Positions 24,896 to 37,332 are shown, numbered from the whole stretch's first letter. The stretch: DNA of 43,852 nt, filler included, from Jimgerdemannia flammicorona (GCA_003990765.1; 2 parts of 2 records of this genome joined end to end with filler, not necessarily neighbours in it); one strand, 5' to 3'. Notes: generated from the sequence alone by a model not told the origin. A program made the numbers and translations.

Positions 24896-25218
24896 TCTCT
24901 CTCTTCTTAAGAACTAATATCCTTATTGAGTTTTTAGGTAATACAAGGCTAGATATACTTAATCAAAATTTCTCAAATGTATTGGCACATTGATAGAGAT
25001 TGTCCATCCTTATATAGAGCAGAGGGTCTATTACTAGACTAATCAACTGGGAGGGATTCAAACCCAGCTAGTAGCTTTATTTCAGTAGACTTCTTATTCA
25101 TTAAATATTCTGCTAATTCTGGGGTTCCAAAGTAAACTTCTGATACATAAGGCACTGATTATTACTATAGGTCATTAATAATTCAAAAAAGTCACTGCAG
25201 AGATTGGATAATATATTT

Positions 25219-25378
25219 TACTTCAAAGTCTTGAACTAGATCTTGAGAGTTCTTGAGGTTGACCAGTGGTTCCCAGGTAGTATCATATTTAGAGTAATCT
25301 ATCCACTTAACTAAGTATTTAGGATGGTAGTAGTAGATTCATTTGTCAAGAATTTTTTCAACACTTTATACTTGATAT
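25219..25378 (-). pseudogene. Chromodomain at the integrase C-terminus (element C)
   Basis: VEKILDK*...KYLVKWIDYSKYDTTWEPLVNLKNSQDLVQDFE. Confidence 0.9.
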
Positions 25379-25439
25379 GGTCTTCAATAATCACAGGGTA
25401 GAAGGCTTAGGAATTCAACTAGAGTAGGGTAGTGACTGG

Positions 25440-28400
25440 TTCCAGATCTTGAGGTGTGATATATAAAAGACTAGATATACTCTCATGGTTTCAGGTAGCT
25501 TGAGATGGTAGGAGAATACAGAGATCTGTTCAGTGATCTCAAAAGGTCTAATATATTTGGGTTGGAACTTGTTCAACTTGAGATTGTATCTTGAGGTTCT
25601 CAGTAGACAGTAGGACTTGATCTCTAACAGTGTAAGTAACATCACAGTATTTCTTATTAGTATATTTAGCTTGATACTATTGAGCCTTCTGAAGATTCAT
25701 GGTAGCAATCTTGAGTAGTTTGTTCATTTTGTCTGTAAGGTTCTTAGTGGTAGAGACTTGTATTTAACTGCTTTTCTTGAAAGGAAATAGACTTACAGAG
25801 GTCTCAGAATCTTAACCATAGAGTAACTAGAAAGGGAAAAGACCAGTAGATGATTGGATGATATTATTATATACAAACTCCACATAAGTCAGTGGTCCCA
25901 ATCATCTTGCTCATAAGAAACATAGTTTCTAAGCATTTGTTCTAGAGTTCTGTTCATATACTTGGTTTGTCTATTAGTTTGTGGGTAAAAGGCAGTAGAC
26001 ATAGCCAATTGGGTTTCTAGGGTCTTAAAGAGAGTTTTCTAGAAGTAACTAGTGAACTTCAGGTCATGATTGCTAATAATTACTCATGGTAGATCATAGT
26101 GATGGAAGATGGACTTGAAGAAGATTCTTGTAATCTCAGGTACAATAGTATTAGTAGTGGTTGTAGCAAACTGGCTAGTGCTTGGTTGGTAGACTTATTG
26201 TACTGGTATAGATCATAGCTAGCAATATAGTTCTTGATTTCCTTAACCATGCTTGGCCAATAGTAGTAGTATTGAATGTTCTTGATAGTCTTCTCAATTT
26301 TCAGATAACTGGCAAGAGAGGAGTCATGGTGTTCTTGCAAAACCTTATAGCATAGATTCATGTTTTCAGGTAGGTAGATTTGATCTTGATAATAGATCAG
26401 ATTGTTCTTGACAGTATATGTATCCTTGAGCTTATTTGAGAAAACTCTAGTAGCAACTGTGTCTTCTTATAAGCTTATCTGATTTGGTTTAGGAATTCTG
26501 ATACCAAGATGACTTACATGATTGTGGTGAGGTCTGGGCATCTTGATAAGACATCTGGTACTACAAGTATCTTGCCAGACTTATAGATGATCATCAGATT
26601 GAAGGTTTGAAGCTTGAGGCTCCACTTGACTTGTAGATATAACAGAGTAGGTTGGGTGTTAATATACTTGAGGGATTGATAGTCAGTAATAACATCAAAC
26701 TCAATATCTTCTAGATAGTATTACTAGTGGTCTAGTATATATATTATTGCCAGTAATTCCTTCTTGTGAGTGGCTAGCTTTTGTTTAGCTGAGGCCAACT
26801 TGTGAGACTCAAAAGTAATAAGATGATGTTCTTTGCCATCATCTTGTGACAGGACTGCTCCAATAGCAAAATTTGATGCATCAGTGGTGACTATAAATTT
26901 TAGGTCTTGATTTGCATTATGCAAGACTAGAGTATAGGTTAGATGGTTCTTGAGTTCTTGAAAGGCTTATTGATAGAAGAGGTCCCAGGTATAGGATATA
27001 TAGTAGTCTGAGTACAAGGCCTTTCTCATGAGATTAGTCAGTAGCTCAGCAATACCAGAGAAGTTTCTGATAAAGCAGCAGTAATAGCTGGCTAGACCAA
27101 GGAAGGATCAGAATTCTGTGAGATTTGGCAGAATGGACTATTCTTCAATTACTTCTATCTTATGTAGGTCTACTTGAATTTCTTGTGTAGAGACAATGTG
27201 GCCAAGGTATTTAACTTATTCCTTAAAGAATTCACACTTCTTGAGCTTGGTGTAAAGCTTGTGTTTTCACAGAATCTCCAGGACTATTCAAATATATTTG
27301 AGGTGTTCTTCTTTAGTTGTATTAAAGATTGGGATGTTGTCAAGATATATCAATAGGAAAATAAATAGTTGGTCCTTGAATATCTTATTTATCAGAGTCT
27401 AAAATGTGGTGGGTGTATTGGTGAGACCAAATACTAAGACCAGAAATTCATAGAGTCCAAAGGGGGTCATGAATATAGTCTTGGGAATATCTTCTGGCTT
27501 GATTCAAATCTAGTGGTATCCTGATATAAGGTCTAACTTGATGAAGTACTTGGCATTCTTGAGAGTATCAAAGATTTAATCAATCAAGAGTAGCAGATAT
27601 GTAGTAGTTCTTGATAGTGAGTTTGTTGAGTATATGATAGTCTATATATATTCACAGGATACTTGATGAATAAGACTGGTGAGCCATAAGAAGATTCACT
27701 TGGCTGGATGGCTCCTCATACAAGTAGTTCTTCTAGTTTCTTCTTGACTACTTCAATTTTGAGTGATGATATGTGGTATATGTATTTTTTGGGTAGTACA
27801 GCTCCTGAGGTCAGTTCAATTTCATGATCAACTTCTCGTATAGGTAGTAGACCAGATAGCTTGTCTGGAAAGACATCCTTGAATTCTTCTAGTAGTAACT
27901 TGATACTTTTATTGACTGATAGTCTCTTGTCTTGTTTCTTAGAATAGATCATTATAATAAAGGCATGCATTGTCTTCTTGAGAGCTCTCTTGTACTATAT
28001 AGCTGACAATATTATAATCTGGATCTTGCTTGTGGCCTTATCTATCTTGATAGTAATATTGACTCTATCTTGAAGTAGGGTGACTTCATTCTTGCACCAA
28101 TTGATGTCTGGGTTATGTTTCATAAGCCAGGGTTTTCCTAAGATCAGATTATGATCTCCTAGTAGTATAATCTCTAAGTCTACTTGTTCCCAATATTTCT
28201 GGATCTTGATGGGTAGTTTGGTGGCAATTGACTCAATAGGGTACAGAGTACCATCTGTAGTGACTATACTATTGTTCTTGGGTACAGACTTGGTAAGAAT
28301 CTTGAGGCTTTCAATGAGATTCTGATTGATGAAGTTCTCTGTAGCTCTACTGTCTATAGTACTTAAACTTCTTTTCCTTTGACTAGGCCTTTGAAAATAA
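25440..28400 (-). pseudogene. pol PR-RT-RNase H-integrase (element C), heavily stopped
   Basis: IDSRATENFI (PR), VFPDKLSGLLPIREVDHEIEL, TTDASNFAIGAVLSQ (RH), LQEHHDS...YYWPSMVKEI (IN zinc region), KFQPKYIRPF (GPF). Confidence 0.92.
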
Positions 28401-28445
28401 GCATAGCTTGAGCTTAATTTTCACTAAGACTTGCTGCTTGATCAG

Positions 28446-28787
28446 TTCTGCCAAAACCTTTTTGATATCATTCAGTTTCAAGGAGTTCTTGGACTTCTGT
28501 AATCTTGAGTTGACTGACTTTTTCTAGGATTATTTGTGCAACTTGGTCTCCTTTCTTGACTGTGTAGTCTTGATCCTTCTGATTGATAAGTAGAACTTGA
28601 ACTTGTTCTCAAAAGTCTGGGTCAATGATATTAGTGCCTATATCTAAATGATATTTGATACTGAGTCCTGATCATAATACAATTCTGATATAATGTCCTT
28701 CAGGACATTGAACCACAATTCCAGTAGGCATCAAAGTATGGCTCTTGGCTGGAATAGTGATTTGTTTGACTGAGTGTAGGTCAAGAT
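28446..28787 (-). pseudogene. dUTPase domain between the gag knuckle and protease (element C)
   Basis: Read by hand: DLDLHS, PTGIVVQCPEGHYIRIVL*SGLSIK, NIIDPDF*EQVQV, KKGDQVAQIIL, E*YQKGFGRT. Confidence 0.9.
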
Positions 28788-28789
28788 CA

Positions 28790-29670
28790 ATAAATATGTC
28801 CTGTTTGGCAATAGAAGAAACAGGCTCCAGATTTCTTCAGATAGTCCTTTTCTTCAGGGGTAAGCTTGGTGTTCTTTTTGTTCATAGTGTCTAAGTCTAT
28901 TGGTGTCAGGCTAACTGTCCTTAGTTGGTTCTTATAGTGGTTCTCAAAGTGGTTCTTCTTATAATATTCTAGTTCAAAGCAGTTATCAAAGAGAATGATA
29001 TTAAATCTATCAGTAATTCTCATGGCTTTATCAAGATTTTTGGGCTCTTCTAGCTCAACCTTGACTCATGTGTTTCCCTTCAGACCTCAGACATAGTAGT
29101 CTATCTTTTCATCCTCAGATATCACTAATAGCTCAAGTAGAATTGACAAAAATTGTGTATTGTAGCTTTATACAGACTTGAGTTACTTGATGTTTGCTAG
29201 CTTATCTCTGGCTAGCTTGGTAGTATTAGCAGACTTGAACTGCTTATAGAGGGCTCTCTTGAAAGCTTTCCAGTCTCTGATTTGTATATATAAATATACA
29301 GATATAATTATAATATGATTGCATTATCAGATAGCTAGATTTTCTCAGAGAAGTGTAGTAGTAAATTGGACTTGCATGTCTTCTTTTATTCTTATAAGCT
29401 CAAAGTATTAGTCTAACTAGAAGGTCCATATATCTGTAGATAGTCCTCCTCAATAGCTATTGAAGGTATCTGGTTTGAGTGACTTGAAACTGACTAGTAC
29501 TATAGCAGAATGTGATGTACTTATAGTTCTTATTTTCTGCTATTCTAGTTGTACTTGAAGTTCTTGAATTTGGTAGGTCATAACATTGATTATATCCTCT
29601 ATATTGAGCTATGATCCTCTTACTTCTTTTGTAACAGAGGGGTCTGACTGGTAGACTGACTCTTCATGGC
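28790..29670 (-). pseudogene. gag (element C)
   Basis: SLKPDTFN capsid start; TPIDLD...KLTPEEKDYLKKSGACFFYCQTGH, a typical chromovirus gag end. Confidence 0.8.
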
Positions 29671-29764
29671 TCATTTCAGATTCATGTGACTAGTTGTGAC
29701 TGGTTTCTGAATTTGTGTGAGGTTTCTTAATAAGGCAAAGTATAATAACACTACTACTACCAAG

Positions 29765-30228
29765 TGTAATGGTTCTAGTTTCTTTAAGAGGAAGCAGCTA
29801 AATCTAGAAGTTCTAGTTGGCCTAAAGTAGCTCAAAGAGATACTTAAAGGTTCAAGTATTCTTGAAGGATTTCTGGGAGAAAATATTCTGAGCTTTATTC
29901 AGCCAGAGAATAAGAATATTTATATATAATCTGAAAGAAAGATCTAGATGGGTCTTGAAAAGAAAGAGAAATACCAAGAAATAGGTTCTCAGCAAAGCTG
30001 ACTAATACTATTCTACAATGTTCCAAAAGGTTCCATGACTAGCTAAGATAAGATACTTGATACTAAGAAAAGACAAAAATGTTCTAGTAATATCTGAGTA
30101 CCAAGAGAAGGTTTCTAAGCAAGTAGAAGGTGGCAGAACATAGTAGAATATTCAAGAAATAACAAGAAAAGACTAACTAAAAGATGCAAAAATATACTAA
30201 GACTAAATATGACTGTGAAATTGTTACA
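29765..30228 (-). repeat. 5' LTR of element C
   Basis: TGTAA...TTACA termini; direct repeat of 24433-24895. Confidence 0.95.
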
Positions 30229-30357
30229 GCTATTATGGAGATGACTTCACTTTATTTTAATACTTCTTGCTAGATGTGGTAACAAATTTCCCTACTTTAC
30301 TCAATTTTTGACCAATTCAATGCTCTCTATTATTTATCTTCTGAGGAAATTTTGGGG

Positions 30358-30520
30358 GGTATCCCAATATCTTCAGTATCCTCAACATTCTTGATATTCC
30401 TGACATCCTCAGTATTCTCAGCATCTCTAGCATCCCTGGTATTCTTGACATCCTCGACTTCCCTAGCATCCTTGGTATTTCCAACTTCAGCATGCTCAGT
30501 ATCTTTGGCATCCCTGACTC
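30358..30520. repeat. Degenerate 9-bp period minisatellite
   Basis: Repeating (C/T)ATCC(C/T)(C/T)(A/G)(A/G) units; gives the periodic ORF at 30317-30553. Confidence 0.65.
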
Positions 30521-30711
30521 CAGTGTCAGAGTTTCTAACTTTGGTACTAACATCTTTGTCAGCTTTGAAATTATCTAAAATAAATGGAGATCAGATAAAT
30601 CTGGGTTAATCTAGAATACATTTTAGACTTAGAGAATTTCAGTTTGAGTAAAATATAACAAAAGTCAGTAATATATTTTTTGGCCAATGTGCAAGCTCTC
30701 CTACTTATACT

Positions 30712-31293
30712 TAGTGCTCCGAACGAGTCAATCCAGATGGGATTCGGATGGATTCGAATCGGATTCGAATCAACCATTGTTTTGATTTCCAAATTAGACA
30801 ATTAAATGTTTACATCAATAACTTGATGAATAATCATCCAAATTTGATGATCTTGGTGTCATTTGAAAGCCCTTAATAAGGCCTTTCTAATGATACCAAG
30901 AACATTAAAATCGGATTACGTGTTGCCGAGATCTTAAGGAAAACGTTCCATTTGACGAAATTTCCAAAATCGGCAAATCAAAGAATTTCCAAAATCGGTG
31001 ATTCAGACGTTTTCCTTCATACCTCAGCAACGCATGATCTGATTTCAATGTTCTTGGTATCATTAGATAGGCCTTATTAAGGGCTTTCAAATGACACCAA
31101 GATCATCAAATTTGGATGATTATTCATCAAGTTATTGATGTAAACATTTAATTGTCTAATTTGGAAATCAAAACAATGGTTGATTCGAATCCATCCGGAT
31201 GAGATTCGAATCCCATCCGAGTTGATCCGGATGGGATTCAATCCGAATCAATCCGAATCCAATCCGGATTAAATTGACTCGTTAAGAGCACTA
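30712..31293. mobile_element. hAT-type non-autonomous foldback element (MITE), 582 bp
   Basis: 21-bp TIRs TAGTGCTC(CG/TT)AACGAGTCAAT; perfect 8-bp TSD CTTATACT (30704-30711, 31294-31301); internal 186-bp inverted arms 30761-30946 / 31007-31192. Confidence 0.9.
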
Positions 31294-31847
31294 CTTATAC
31301 TGATCAAGATATAATATCTGTTTTACTCTATATCATCAAACATAAAGGACAGTATATCTCAAAATCTGGAGGCTTATTCTATAATTTGGCTTATAGTATT
31401 GGAGTTCTGCTGGAGTCTAATATGATGATGGTGTTTTACTCAAATCAACTATATGGTTCAAAAGTTATTAGAGATAGAGAAGTTTTGAACAGTTTATCTT
31501 TGAGTATTTGTTACAGAACCTTGGAAGCTATATGCTGCTATAATAAATTTTTTGAAAACTTAGAGAAGCAAAAAAATCTGTAGATATTTTATATATTTGG
31601 TAATTGATTTTCATATTATATCTTAGTTTTTGAATATTTGGTAGAAGTTTGGTAGATATAGTATTCTTTTTTTAGGGGTTTTTTTTCACCAAAAAATTGA
31701 CCTTTTTGGTAGACTTATTAATTTGCTCTAGCTGACTCCTAATTTAGTTTGGTTTGTCATCTGAAGAATTTATCAGGATTCTGGCTCCTGAGATGAATTT
31801 GAGCTAGTTTGATTAGATTCAAACTAACCTAAACTTATCATATACTA

Positions 31848-32000
31848 AATTCAAATTTGAACTGATTCAAATTTATTATATGATGAATTTGAACTGATCT
31901 GAATTTATTATATGATGAATTAACCCAATTCAAATTCATTACATGATGAATTTGGATTGATTCAAATTCATTATATAATGAATTTGAACTGGCTTGAATC
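31848..32000. repeat. ~32-bp tandem array of palindromic units
   Basis: TGATGAATTTGAACTGATTCAAATTTATTATA-like unit, 4-5 copies (starts at 31881, 31913, 31944). Confidence 0.7.
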
Positions 32001-32059
32001 AGATATATGATTGGCAAATTTGAATTAGGTTTGAATTTCTTTAACTTGATCAGAGTACT

Positions 32060-35000
32060 ATATATTGAGATCCTCAAAACAAGAAGTAGCTTGGCCAAGA
32101 GTAAGATTACTATTAAAGGAGAAGTTATTGATTCAGACTATATTAGGGAAATACTACTCATTACTAGAAACCACAACTTTATAATTCTATTTCTAATTAA
32201 GAAGAAAGACTAATTGGTATAGATATTAATCTTCCCAGTTCTTCAGCCAAAGATTATAGAAGTCAAGAAGTTGGAGGAAATGGAAAGAGAAAGGAAAGGA
32301 TTCAGATTCACTAGAAGAAGAGTATTCATCAGTATCAAAATCACAAAACTAGATTACAAGAAGAAGGAAACCACAAACAAGTATAGCTATATCATCAGAA
32401 ATGAATTCCTACTCAAGAAGGAACTCAAGAAGATATTCTATGAATTCAAGGATGTCCTAGCTACAGACTTCAAGGATATCAAGAGAAAGACTTCATACTA
32501 CTATTATGATATAGATATAAGAGATACCAAACCAATTTATCAAAAAGCAAGACCAATTCTGCCAGCCTATCACAAATGATTCAGAGAAGAAATCAAGCAG
32601 ATAGAAAAAGCTAGTATCATTAAAGAAGCCAGCAGCCCTTGGACTTCACCAGTTATATTGGTTTTGAAAAAAGAAAACAAACTAGGAGAATTAACTCCAA
32701 GAATCTATATCAATTACAGAAAGCTCACCAACTACTACCCCTCATTAGTGATATTCTTATAACTCTGAGAAATAAAGCATAGTACTACAGTATTTTGGAT
32801 TTATACTCAGAATTCTATCAAATTGATCTCACCAAAGCAGCAAGTGAAAAATCAGCCTTCATTACTCCAGATAGAATCTATGTCTATCTGTAAATACTAT
32901 TTGGAATATGCAATATATCAGCAAGCTTTCAGTAAATGATAAATAAAATATTCTACTATAATATAAGAAGATGGATAATGATATATAGATAATGTTATCA
33001 TCTATAGTAAGATAGCTGAAGAATATCTGCAGTATATCCAGTAGATAATAGAGAAGCTAAGGAAGTATAGTCTTTATATCAAGCTCAAGAAGTACAAGTT
33101 TGTAGAAATTGAGATCTCCTATCTTAATCACATTATTAACTGAGATGAAATATATATAGATCTGCTCAAAATTCAAGCAGTAGCAGTATATCTAAGGTCT
33201 ATCACTATCACTGAAGCCCAAGCCTTCATGGGACTTGCCTTATACTATTACAGATTTATCAGAAAATTCTCTAATATTGCAGATCTAATCTATGAACTCA
33301 ACAAAAAGGATGTCAAGTTCTAATGAACTAGCAGATAACAGAAAGTATTTGATGAGCTCAAGATCAGACTGGCCCAAGCACCCATCCTTAGACCAAAAGA
33401 AAGATAAAGTAGAATATATCATTATATATCTCAGCTGAGAAACTTGAGAAGCTAAAAAATAATATAAGTCCTATAAGTTGGAATATCTTGCAGTCATCTA
33501 GACCATAGAGAAGTTCCACTACTACCTTGCAGGAAGATACTTCACTATCTAGACAGACCACTCTGCTCTCACTTAGCTGCTAACTACTAGATAACCCAAA
33601 GGAATCTATGTTAGATAGATTATGAAATTGCAAGCCTATAATATAACCATTATGCACTACTCTGAAAGAATCAATACCAATATAGATACTCTCTCATAAA
33701 CACTCTGAAGGACCCCCAACCAGTAAATCAATCATGAATAAGAAACTTTATTACAGAATTATCACCTATCTGAGATAGTAAAAGATATCCCAATATCTAG
33801 AAGAATAGATATAAACAATTATCAATAGAATATGAAAACCATTCAAGACTGATAGAGAAATACTAAAGAAAGGAAAGCTATTAGTCATATCTAAATATAA
33901 GAAGGAGCAAGTAATGAAATCAGTACAAAAACTTGGCCATCTAAGAGGAATAAATATATATGATAAAGTAAGAAGAACAATGTGGTGGCCAGGAATGGGG
34001 GAAGACATCAGATGATTTGTTAAGACCTGTGACAAATACTAGATATAGAAACAAGATTAACAAAATAAGATCCCAGGATCAGTATATATAGAACTAGTAC
34101 TATTTACATATACCACAATAGATATAATTAGCCCTCTACTCTTGACTTTGACTGACAACTAATACATTATTGTTATTATGAACCTTTTTATAAAATGGAT
34201 AGAGATAGAACCTCTCAAAGAAGTCAATTGCCAATTTCTTCTATAAAGAAATTATCTGCTAATTCAAGACCCCAGCATAAGTAACTACAGATAGAGAAAC
34301 AGAATTTGTAAATCAGTTCTTTACAAGAAGTATAAGATCCAGCACATTTAGACTACAGTCTATCACTCTCAGAAAAATGAGCAAGTAGAAAGAACAAATA
34401 AGACTCTTAAGAATATCATTATCAAGATCTATAATAACTATGAAAACTGAGATTACTATCTGTTAATAGCATTATCTGCTCTTCAGAATATCTGATTATA
34501 AAGTCTCCATTTCACCTCTCAAGAGATGCTGTTTAGAGAAGAAAGTTCTCAAGAAATCTTATTATCCAATAGAGATACTATATGGAAACACATAGATATA
34601 GAGATATAGAGACTATACCAAATTAGAAAGAAGGCTGAGGATTACATAACTAAGATACAGATACTATAGCAAAATAATGCAGAAAAGATTCACAAGCCTC
34701 TGGAGATTATCAAGATAGAAGACAAAGTTCTGATATATTAGAATATAGTAGAAGCCTCATAGTTACAAAAACTAGAGCTTAAGTGAGAAGGACCTTATCT
34801 TGTACAAGAAACTACCTTTTGGCTATGAAAACTCTCAGACACAATCATCCTCATTACTATTTATCAAAACTGACTTAAGAAGTATCCTGACTAGTCAACA
34901 AAGTATGGCTACAGCTCTCAAGATTACTAGTACTATATAATAAGCCATAGAAAGACAATGGTATACTACTGAGCTATCCATAATAGAGGAATCTTTTGAT

Positions 35001-35882
35001 AGTATCCAAAGTATAGTATAGATATATCTATTATAAATTTTATACTTCAAGGCCTACCAGAATTAGACAGAGCTTTAAGAATACTTTAAGTTAGAATAGT
35101 TACTGAACTCATAGCCAAAGATGGAAAAGAAGACTGGATTAGAGAGTGTCAGCTCTCTCATACTCAGATCACAATTGTCAAATAAGTTAATAAATTGTTC
35201 AAAAATGATAAGCCAGCTCTAGCCCATTTCTAAGAAGTAGTCTCAGGAGACTTTGAACACATTAAAAGATACTACTGGGAGAATGTAATAATATAAATCA
35301 TACAGTATAAAGAGATATAACTGGTGGAAGCTTGGAAGTTTAAGTGAATAGAATATTTTATAGACAAATTACCTATTCAGAAGAAAGTTGTGATAGTTGA
35401 TCTGAATTAGAAATATAAATCAAAAGAATAGATATTTGATCATAATACTTAAATCTAATTTCCAAATATAGTATAGCCTTATAAATAGCAGTTATTTTAC
35501 AAATATTAAAGTTTTGATAAATATTAAACTCTTTACAAATGTCAAGATTTCACAGATATTAAAGTTTTAATAATCATCAAAGATTTAACAGATGTCAAGA
35601 ATTAATACTTATAAAAAGTGACTTACAGGAAATATAGTCATAACTTAGCCACCTTATAGCTAGCAAACTTATATAAATATCTCCAGTATCTAGAGTAAAT
35701 AAACCTCAGATCAAAATAGTTCAAAACAAAAAGAAAACAAAGGAACTAGTAAGTCTGTGAGCAGATACACTTTGAACTCACCTATTCCTGTATCTTAAGA
35801 ACTCTGTAGAGTTAAAGAAGATCAAGTTTTTAAGATATAGAAATCTGATGTACTTATATAATTATATGTCTATTATATTATA
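32060..35882 (+). mobile_element. Ty3/Gypsy element D (family of element A): partial dUTPase-RT-RH-IN-extra region-3' LTR, 5'-truncated and heavily mutated
   Basis: ILKTRSSLAKSKITIKGEVIDSDYIREI matches the element A dUTPase; DVLATDFKDIK, ASSPWTSPVIL, TDHSAL, MWWPGMGEDI, EGPYLV. Confidence 0.92.
35389..35882 (+). repeat. 3' LTR of element D
   Basis: Starts TGTGATAG after a purine tract; shares ACTTAGCCACC...TAGCTAGCAAACTT(G/A)TATAAATA and AATAAACCTCAGATCAAAA with LTR A. Confidence 0.85.
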
Positions 35883-35889
35883 CTACTTA

Positions 35890-37332
35890 TAGATATTCTT
35901 CTTAGATATTAGAGTAGGGTAGACTTTCTATTTCTGCTCTTTCTCTGATTTTCTAATTTCTTTAAAGATAATTATATTAGTCTGTTCTTAGTTTCTGATA
36001 GTATTGTTTGACTGAGCCCTATATTTTATCTCACTTATACATTTGTAGAAGTAGTAATCTTCTTCTCTACATATTTCTTTCTTATCTATAATAATAGTAA
36101 ACTTCTGAACTAGGTGGTAATTTCTTTCTCTAATTTCCTTTACTATATCTTTTAAATATATAGTTATCTCAGTAAACTTCTTAGCAAATTCTTTCATATA
36201 TTACCATTCTTCTGCTGCTCTATAGCTTTTAATTATAGTATATTTTAATTGACTATAGTTATAGAAATTATGCTAGTTATCTTAGATGCTTCAACTCTGA
36301 CTCTAGTAACTCTCTCTATTATATAGTCTTGAGAGTATCTAACTATTTAGTATTCTGAGCATAAGTCATCTTTTATAATAGATCTAAGACTACTGATAAT
36401 GATCAAATTACTATAGTTATCTCTAAATAAATTTCTTTTATAAAGATTACTTTAGCTACTTGATCTTATATAATTTATAAGAATTATCTAATAATGGATT
36501 CAGATATAGAAGATATTTAGGTCTTCACTCATTTCTTAGTAAGTTGTATTGAGTTTTTTCTTTAAGATCTATTTGATTTTATTTATATAGTAGGTAGTTT
36601 ATAACTAAGTCTTCTATGCTACTAGTATTATAGTATTATCTTATCTTATATGATTTATTACTGAGAATATATATAGCTCTTACTGAGTTTTAGAGACTAA
36701 AGAATATATATAAAGACTACTTACTATATTATAGATAGGATTATTATAGTAGTATATTACTCAAAATTATCAAAGAAGATGATAATTGATTCATTGATAA
36801 TATATTTATAAAATACTGATAGTTTTATATTTAGATATCTTATCTAGATATTTTAGTTAATTTGAATGAGTATTTAGATAATAATAGTTATTTATTATTT
36901 AGCTTAAAAGTGAGAGATTTATCTTAAATTACTAGTCAATAGATACTAAGTTATAATATAGTAAATACTTAATCTTAGAAGTATGGTAGATGTTTTTATC
37001 TTAAATACTTAATTTTCTTTAACTCTTCAGAGTTTTCAAAAATACAAAGTAAGTAAGTTTAAAGTATATTTACTTATAGGCTTACTAGTTCTCTTGTCTT
37101 TTTATTTTGAACTATTTTAATTTAAGGTTTATTTACTCTAAATACTGATAGATTTATTATATCTTTTTTTTATCTTATAACTTTAAAATTTCCTATAATT
37201 ATAAGATTTCCTACAAGTATAGGATTGGGTGATTACTAACTATACTACTATACTATATGAAAATCAGATTTAGATACTATAATCAAATATCTATTTCTTA
37301 ATTCTTATTTCTAATTTAGATTAACTACTATA
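35890..37332 (-). mobile_element. Element E: extremely AT-eroded 5' LTR (36952-37332) plus gag of the A/D family
   Basis: Colinear with 5010-6499: KEFAKKFTEITIYLKDIVKE vs EELAKQFAEMTAHLSDVVKE; PBS/LTR junction GATACTAAGTTATAATATAG vs GGCACCAAGTTGTAACGTAG. Confidence 0.85.

Larger units (their letters stand above)
24433..30228 (-). mobile_element. Full-length decayed chromovirus (element C): LTR-gag-dUTPase-PR-RT-RH-IN-chromodomain-LTR
   Basis: Paired ~463-bp LTRs; 5-bp TSD ACTAT (24428-24432)/GCTAT (30229-30233); PBS-like TGGTAGTAG at ~29749-29762; PPT at ~24896-24907; all domains recognisable. Confidence 0.95.
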
